DNA from: an uncultured archaeon
GTDB taxonomy: Archaea; Asgardarchaeota; Thorarchaeia; Thorarchaeales; Thorarchaeaceae
DNA length: 51,153 nucleotides
Reading direction: 5' to 3'
Assembly: GCA_964590575.1 (NCBI GenBank)
Contig: CAZPWM010000013.1
Coordinates: 1 to 51,153, forward strand
Each line of letters opens with the position of its first letter. Within the stretch, counting starts at the first letter, position 1. Under the pieces are notes generated by a model that saw only the letters and a list, made by a program, of their open reading frames with translations, was not told where the DNA came from and did not search any database. Shown here piece after piece: positions 46,930 through 51,153 of this stretch. The position numbers were made by a program, and so were the translations under genes.

Positions 46930-47763
46930 GTGGCAGACACGAGAAATTATAGCTATGACGGGAATAAGAGCACAGAACGGTCAGTGCGACTTGACAAGAC
47001 TGAAGGCCACATCATCATTGAGGGACGTGCATATCCTGCTCGAGAGATAGTGGAAGCTCTGGCACAGAGCGGGTATTCTGAGATGAGGGCTGTGGGCGAT
47101 TCACTTGTCCTTGGAAATAGACGTATCACTCCAATATTCAAATCACGCCAGGACCGTGCGATGGCATCCCTCTGTCATGGTAGTCTCTCATATTGTTGCC
47201 CATTATCCAAGAGATGTGCGGAAAGGGACAGAGCTCTAGAAATTCTCGGACTTACACCAGATGAATATGAACAATTGAAAAGTGATGCTCATGTAAAGTT
47301 CGTTGAAACAGCCAGAGGGCTGTCGAACCTAGACCCAAGTTGGCAACACCAAGCCTCAAGAGAGCGATTAGCTAATCGTCCTGCAACAGACCCAGGCTAT
47401 GGCTCCGACGACTATAGACAAGACTTCGAGTCACTTGATCATGCTATGAAATCTTTAACTTCTCAGTATGCCGATCGTTCAGGACCATGGCGGGAGGATA
47501 GAGCAGATTCAAGACAGTCTGAAGATACTATTCGCTATCAAGGAGATAGTCGGATTTTCAGCGAGGAAGAAGAGTGCAAGGTTTGCAACAATCAACCCGA
47601 TGAATCAATTGAAGGGATTGGTACACTGTTCTCTCAAGGAGAGCTCAGTCCATTTACTGATGATTCCCGAAAAGAGAACGATGGACACTGTTTCTGCTTC
47701 TCATGTGGACGAAGTGTCAGGTCAGATAATAGAGTATGTCCTTATTGTAGTGCAAGACTGTGA
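46930..47763 (+). CDS. Hypothetical protein with a methanogenesis-marker-9-like Cys motif and C-terminal Zn ribbon
   Basis: CHGSLSYCCPLSKRCAERDRALEILGLTPDEYEQLK and terminal CFSCG...CPYC. Confidence 0.65.
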   Translation: MADTRNYSYDGNKSTERSVRLDKTEGHIIIEGRAYPAREIVEALAQSGYSEMRAVGDSLVLGNRRITPIFKSRQDRAMASLCHGSLSYCCPLSKRCAERDRALEILGLTPDEYEQLKSDAHVKFVETARGLSNLDPSWQHQASRERLANRPATDPGYGSDDYRQDFESLDHAMKSLTSQYADRSGPWREDRADSRQSEDTIRYQGDSRIFSEEEECKVCNNQPDESIEGIGTLFSQGELSPFTDDSRKENDGHCFCFSCGRSVRSDNRVCPYCSARL

Positions 47764-47766
47764 ATT

Positions 47767-48822
47767 CTAGTAATTGCCAATTGCACTCTCACGTCGGCGA
47801 GAGTAGTCAGATGGATAGTGAAATGTGCTCACAATCCGATCAATACCTACATCTTTGCCAAGAGCTTTCAGTTCCTGTAATTGTTCAATGGCTGTGACAC
47901 CCCAGCGAAAGAGCGATGCTCTGCCGCCTCTTCGGGTGAACTCGTTGACAAAGTAGAGTGATTCCACAAGTTCACTATACTCGGAACTTCCCTTTGATGG
48001 GAGATCTGGAGACCACGGAAACAGATTAATCAATACATTCTTCGTAATCTCACCAATTCTAGAATAATCAATACCGTATTCATTACGGGCACCCTCAGAA
48101 AGACCAGTCTCAGGGTCAAGTAGTACTTCAACAGAAAGCTTCAATGGATGTTCTCGGCCTGTAGCCTCATCCGACTCGGAAGCAGCATCTTGGAGGTATT
48201 GAAGACCTTCATGCACTTTGTCACTACGAAATTGATGCCACTTCTCATGATAATCCTCATTCTCAAGGAGATACGCATAGCTAAGTCGAGCCGGTTCTTG
48301 GTCAACAATTGGCGCGAACTCAGTCCTGCAGCGTTCACAGAAACAGAAGTGGTCACGAATATAACCTGTTCCAAATAGGAGAATCTCGTTAATCGGGTAT
48401 GCTCCAATTTCTTTGACTATCTCAGCACCATATTGCCAAAACTCCTTGCGATTGGGACAGATTTGATGCTCCATCTTTACACCCTTGTCATCCATAGTCT
48501 GATACTTTGGATCACGAGCAAACCATCCATCAGTATAGAAGTCCATTCCCACGACTCCATGAATACCAAGTGCGTCATTTAATTGAACCCATTCAGCAAA
48601 GAACTCTGTGTGGTTTTCTTTTACTGGCGCAGTCTTACTGGGGAAGATTACATAACCATCAGGGCCTTTACCAACAATCCCAACGTCTTCCATGTAAGAA
48701 GCGTAGGTAGAAATGAAGTCCTTCGCAGACACCTCGATGTCTTCGGGTTTGAACATGATTAGCATCTTCTGCATGAAGAATTCACGATAATTCAACTTCA
48801 TTCTCTTTGTACCCCGTCGCAA
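47767..48822 (-). CDS. Putative glycoside-hydrolase-like TIM-barrel protein with Zn-binding CP...CFCERC
   Basis: ICPN...Y..EIVKEI..YPINEILL......FCFCERCR..F and W..FR pattern typical of GH42/GHL-like barrels. Start probably downstream of 48822. Confidence 0.55.
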   Translation of the reverse strand: MRRGTKRMKLNYREFFMQKMLIMFKPEDIEVSAKDFISTYASYMEDVGIVGKGPDGYVIFPSKTAPVKENHTEFFAEWVQLNDALGIHGVVGMDFYTDGWFARDPKYQTMDDKGVKMEHQICPNRKEFWQYGAEIVKEIGAYPINEILLFGTGYIRDHFCFCERCRTEFAPIVDQEPARLSYAYLLENEDYHEKWHQFRSDKVHEGLQYLQDAASESDEATGREHPLKLSVEVLLDPETGLSEGARNEYGIDYSRIGEITKNVLINLFPWSPDLPSKGSSEYSELVESLYFVNEFTRRGGRASLFRWGVTAIEQLQELKALGKDVGIDRIVSTFHYPSDYSRRRESAIGNY

Positions 48823-48910
48823 TCAGTGTAAATCTGGCTCTCTGTCTTCATGCGTGTATCAAGCCACCGCTATAAGAATTTCTTATTCAGACTCTCAACC
48901 AATTCTCGTG

Positions 48911-51153
48911 TTAGAAGAACTGGTCAAGGGTTGTGAAACCAAGAAACTCATCAAAGTCGAGACCGACTGAATCGAGAACCTGTTCAAACACACTCTTCAA
49001 AATATCTATGTATGCGTCCTTATCAATCCAGTAGCTAACACCTTTTGCGAGCTCAACAGGTAATACTGTTTCTTGACCTTTGGTCTTTATGTATGCTACA
49101 ATGGTACCAGGTAGTGCTTTCGTAGGGTCTTGGGTCTTCTCTACAAGCATTCTTGCTGCTCTAACATGAGGAATGTCTGTGTCGTATGAATGGAGTGCTT
49201 TCGTCATCTGAATTCTGAAAGCCAATTCTTCAGGACTATATGGTTCTGATTTTCCTTCCAACCGATCAATGACCGTGTTTACAATCTCACGAATCTCAGC
49301 CTTCGCTTGTTCAAACCCCTCAGGGTCATTAACTCTACTAAGAACGTCCAACATCTGTCGGAATGCCTCTTGCGCAAAGTCGGGAGTATTGCGTTTCTTT
49401 CCACTGAGACCCTTAACCTCTACTTGTCCATCCTTGTATACACCAATGTAGTTCTTCTTGCGTTCAGAAAGGGCTACATACTTGTATGTCTTCTCGACCT
49501 CGAGGTCGATACCTAGTTCCTTGCGAGACCAGAGCACCAGTTCTTCTTGCTGTTTCTTGGAGGGATTGTCTAAGAAAACCGAGTCAGTATCACCGTATAG
49601 AACTCGAATTCCCATGGACTCAGCCTTTGCCTTAGTTCGGATAATGGCATCACGTCCATATGCAGTGACACTCTCTGCAGCGGGCATACAAAAGAGTTCG
49701 AAGTGCTGCGCACCAGTCACGCCATAAGAATTGTGAACGATACACCCGTTGGATGTGACAAACCATCCATTTTCTGTTTCTATATCATAGACTGGGACAG
49801 TACCTAGAGCTACAATAGATTTCACACGGGCTGGACGTGTGCCATTGAAGTCAATTAGGCCTCTTCCTTTTCGTCGATACCGATGTCCCTTAGTTTCTAC
49901 AATTCTAAATAGCTCTTCATTATTGCTTCGATGAATAGAAACGTATCTACCTAGTGATCCAAGAATCATTACTAAATCATTGGCAAGTTGTCTGCTTGCA
50001 GTGCTATATCTTTTATTTCCTCTAATATTGAAGTTGCCGTCGCCTTTGAAGTAAGCATCTAGCAGAATTCTTGCAGTAGATGGGTCTAAAAGCCAAATTG
50101 GAATCCGTTTGTTTTTCGCACCTGAACCACATAAGCTATGCATTAAACGCATAATTACATTCGAGTGAACGACATACTGTCGACCGCTGTAATTAGCCAA
50201 GGGCCAACCTAGGTTATTAACTATCGATTCAATTTCGGCACAATTATCCGGATTGTGAATATCATATTGTGCGATGCCAACTCGGTTCTTATCGGTATTA
50301 CCTTCTGCAATATACCACCCTAAGAATGAAAAGAAGTCTTTGGACAGAGGAAGTATACAATTAATCCACTTCCCAGCTTCATTTCCTATTTTAATCGAAA
50401 ACTGGAAACCATCATTCGCAGCATCTTTGACAACTTGTTTTTCATGGAGTGATAATTTATCCCATTCTGACTTGTATTTCTTTGACACTTTAGAATATTC
50501 AAATTGACGATTGATAATCTGGATTAATTCATCATCTGTATCCTGATTTGTTCGATAAGAGCGTTTTTTGTAAGTACTTCTTGAGATTGCAATAAACAAA
50601 TCGCTAGTGTCTATTATTTCAGGGATGAAGAGTTTTTTCGGAGATGATTTTGATAGTAGCATGTTATGAAGTACAAGTATGTCATCACCTATTTCTAAAT
50701 CCTCAACCGCAATCTCCTCTATACGCATTTCTGGATTTCGTATTGTTTTACCAATGGCATGTTTTGGTCGTAGAACGGGAATCACATGGTTCGGAGTACA
50801 TGTCAGGATTCTACCATCATGTAGAGTAATTCTAAGAAGCTGTGATTTTCCGGAATTTGAAAACCCTCTAATTGGTGCGAAAACAGGAGCGCCAAATCGA
50901 CTATCAGAGAAGTCATTTTGAATTGAGAGAATCTCTAGATTATTCCAATCGTCTGCAATTTCGCTTATTTTTCGTTTATTGATTAACCCTTCAGAAGTTC
51001 TGACAATTACTTCTTCATCAGCTGGTAAGCACGCATTGACGAACACCTTTAGCGCTTTCTCAACGACTGAATACCAGTTCTGTGTATTCTTATCAAGCGC
51101 TTTGTCCTTGCTCTTAGGTTTGAACCATTTGACTCGTGTGTCTCTGAAGAATC
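48911..51153 (-). CDS. polB: Family B DNA polymerase (PolB1-like), 3' part, intein-containing; runs off the window end
   Basis: Frame open to the window end: FFRDTRVKWFKPK...VVEKALKVFVNA|intein|SYGVTGA, then AESVTAYGR, YGDTDS, KKNYIG and KGLSGKKRNTP, resembling crenarchaeal-type PolB1. Confidence 0.95.
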   Translation of the reverse strand, partial: FFRDTRVKWFKPKSKDKALDKNTQNWYSVVEKALKVFVNACLPADEEVIVRTSEGLINKRKISEIADDWNNLEILSIQNDFSDSRFGAPVFAPIRGFSNSGKSQLLRITLHDGRILTCTPNHVIPVLRPKHAIGKTIRNPEMRIEEIAVEDLEIGDDILVLHNMLLSKSSPKKLFIPEIIDTSDLFIAISRSTYKKRSYRTNQDTDDELIQIINRQFEYSKVSKKYKSEWDKLSLHEKQVVKDAANDGFQFSIKIGNEAGKWINCILPLSKDFFSFLGWYIAEGNTDKNRVGIAQYDIHNPDNCAEIESIVNNLGWPLANYSGRQYVVHSNVIMRLMHSLCGSGAKNKRIPIWLLDPSTARILLDAYFKGDGNFNIRGNKRYSTASRQLANDLVMILGSLGRYVSIHRSNNEELFRIVETKGHRYRRKGRGLIDFNGTRPARVKSIVALGTVPVYDIETENGWFVTSNGCIVHNSYGVTGAQHFELFCMPAAESVTAYGRDAIIRTKAKAESMGIRVLYGDTDSVFLDNPSKKQQEELVLWSRKELGIDLEVEKTYKYVALSERKKNYIGVYKDGQVEVKGLSGKKRNTPDFAQEAFRQMLDVLSRVNDPEGFEQAKAEIREIVNTVIDRLEGKSEPYSPEELAFRIQMTKALHSYDTDIPHVRAARMLVEKTQDPTKALPGTIVAYIKTKGQETVLPVELAKGVSYWIDKDAYIDILKSVFEQVLDSVGLDFDEFLGFTTLDQFF
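49730..51031 (-). mobile_element. Intein (434 aa) with LAGLIDADG homing endonuclease
   Basis: Starts CLPADE, block B TCTPNH, LAGLIDADG motifs FLGWYIAEG and LLDAYFKGDG, block F VYDIET, ends IVHN followed by Ser. 1302 nt and visibly more AT-rich than the extein. Confidence 0.95.

Noticed and set aside
522-50921. Numerous 60-130 aa ORFs antisense to or overlapping long genes
   Set aside because: Shadow ORFs of well-supported genes, with no recognisable motifs.
1-51153. tRNA, rRNA, IS elements, prophage, CRISPR arrays
   Set aside because: None recognised by eye; tRNAscan-SE/Infernal would be needed to exclude intron-containing tRNAs formally.

Overview
Chromosomal window from an archaeon, most likely an Asgard archaeon and possibly Thorarchaeia (inferred from gene content, not a database search). 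Left to right: the 5' end of a TFB/TFIIB-like gene missed by the ORF track, argS, a tldD-tldE pair, and a five-gene ESCRT locus (Zn-finger/coiled-coil/PH/steadiness-box protein, ESCRT-III, Vps4, Vps25, and a Vps28N-Vps22/36 fusion). These are followed by aspS, a small wHTH protein, an alpha/beta hydrolase, a Rab-like protein with degenerate G1/G3 motifs, and an LRR protein. Two translationally coupled giant paralogous surface proteins (5176 and 3977 aa) come next, with DUF2341/LamG heads, long Ig-like stalks, one TM helix, and cytoplasmic tails carrying an unrecognised ~45-aa helical repeat. The right end holds an orphan m4C-type methyltransferase, a duplicated gene end plus hairpin showing covariation, small membrane proteins, a class III aminotransferase, a protein with a methanogenesis-marker-9-like Cys motif, a glycoside-hydrolase-like TIM barrel, and the 3' part of a PolB1 gene with a 434-aa LAGLIDADG intein. 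The best candidates for novel systems are the apparently ubiquitin-independent, domain-rearranged ESCRT-I/II module and the giant receptor/adhesin pair with repeat tails. All family assignments are by-eye motif recognition.
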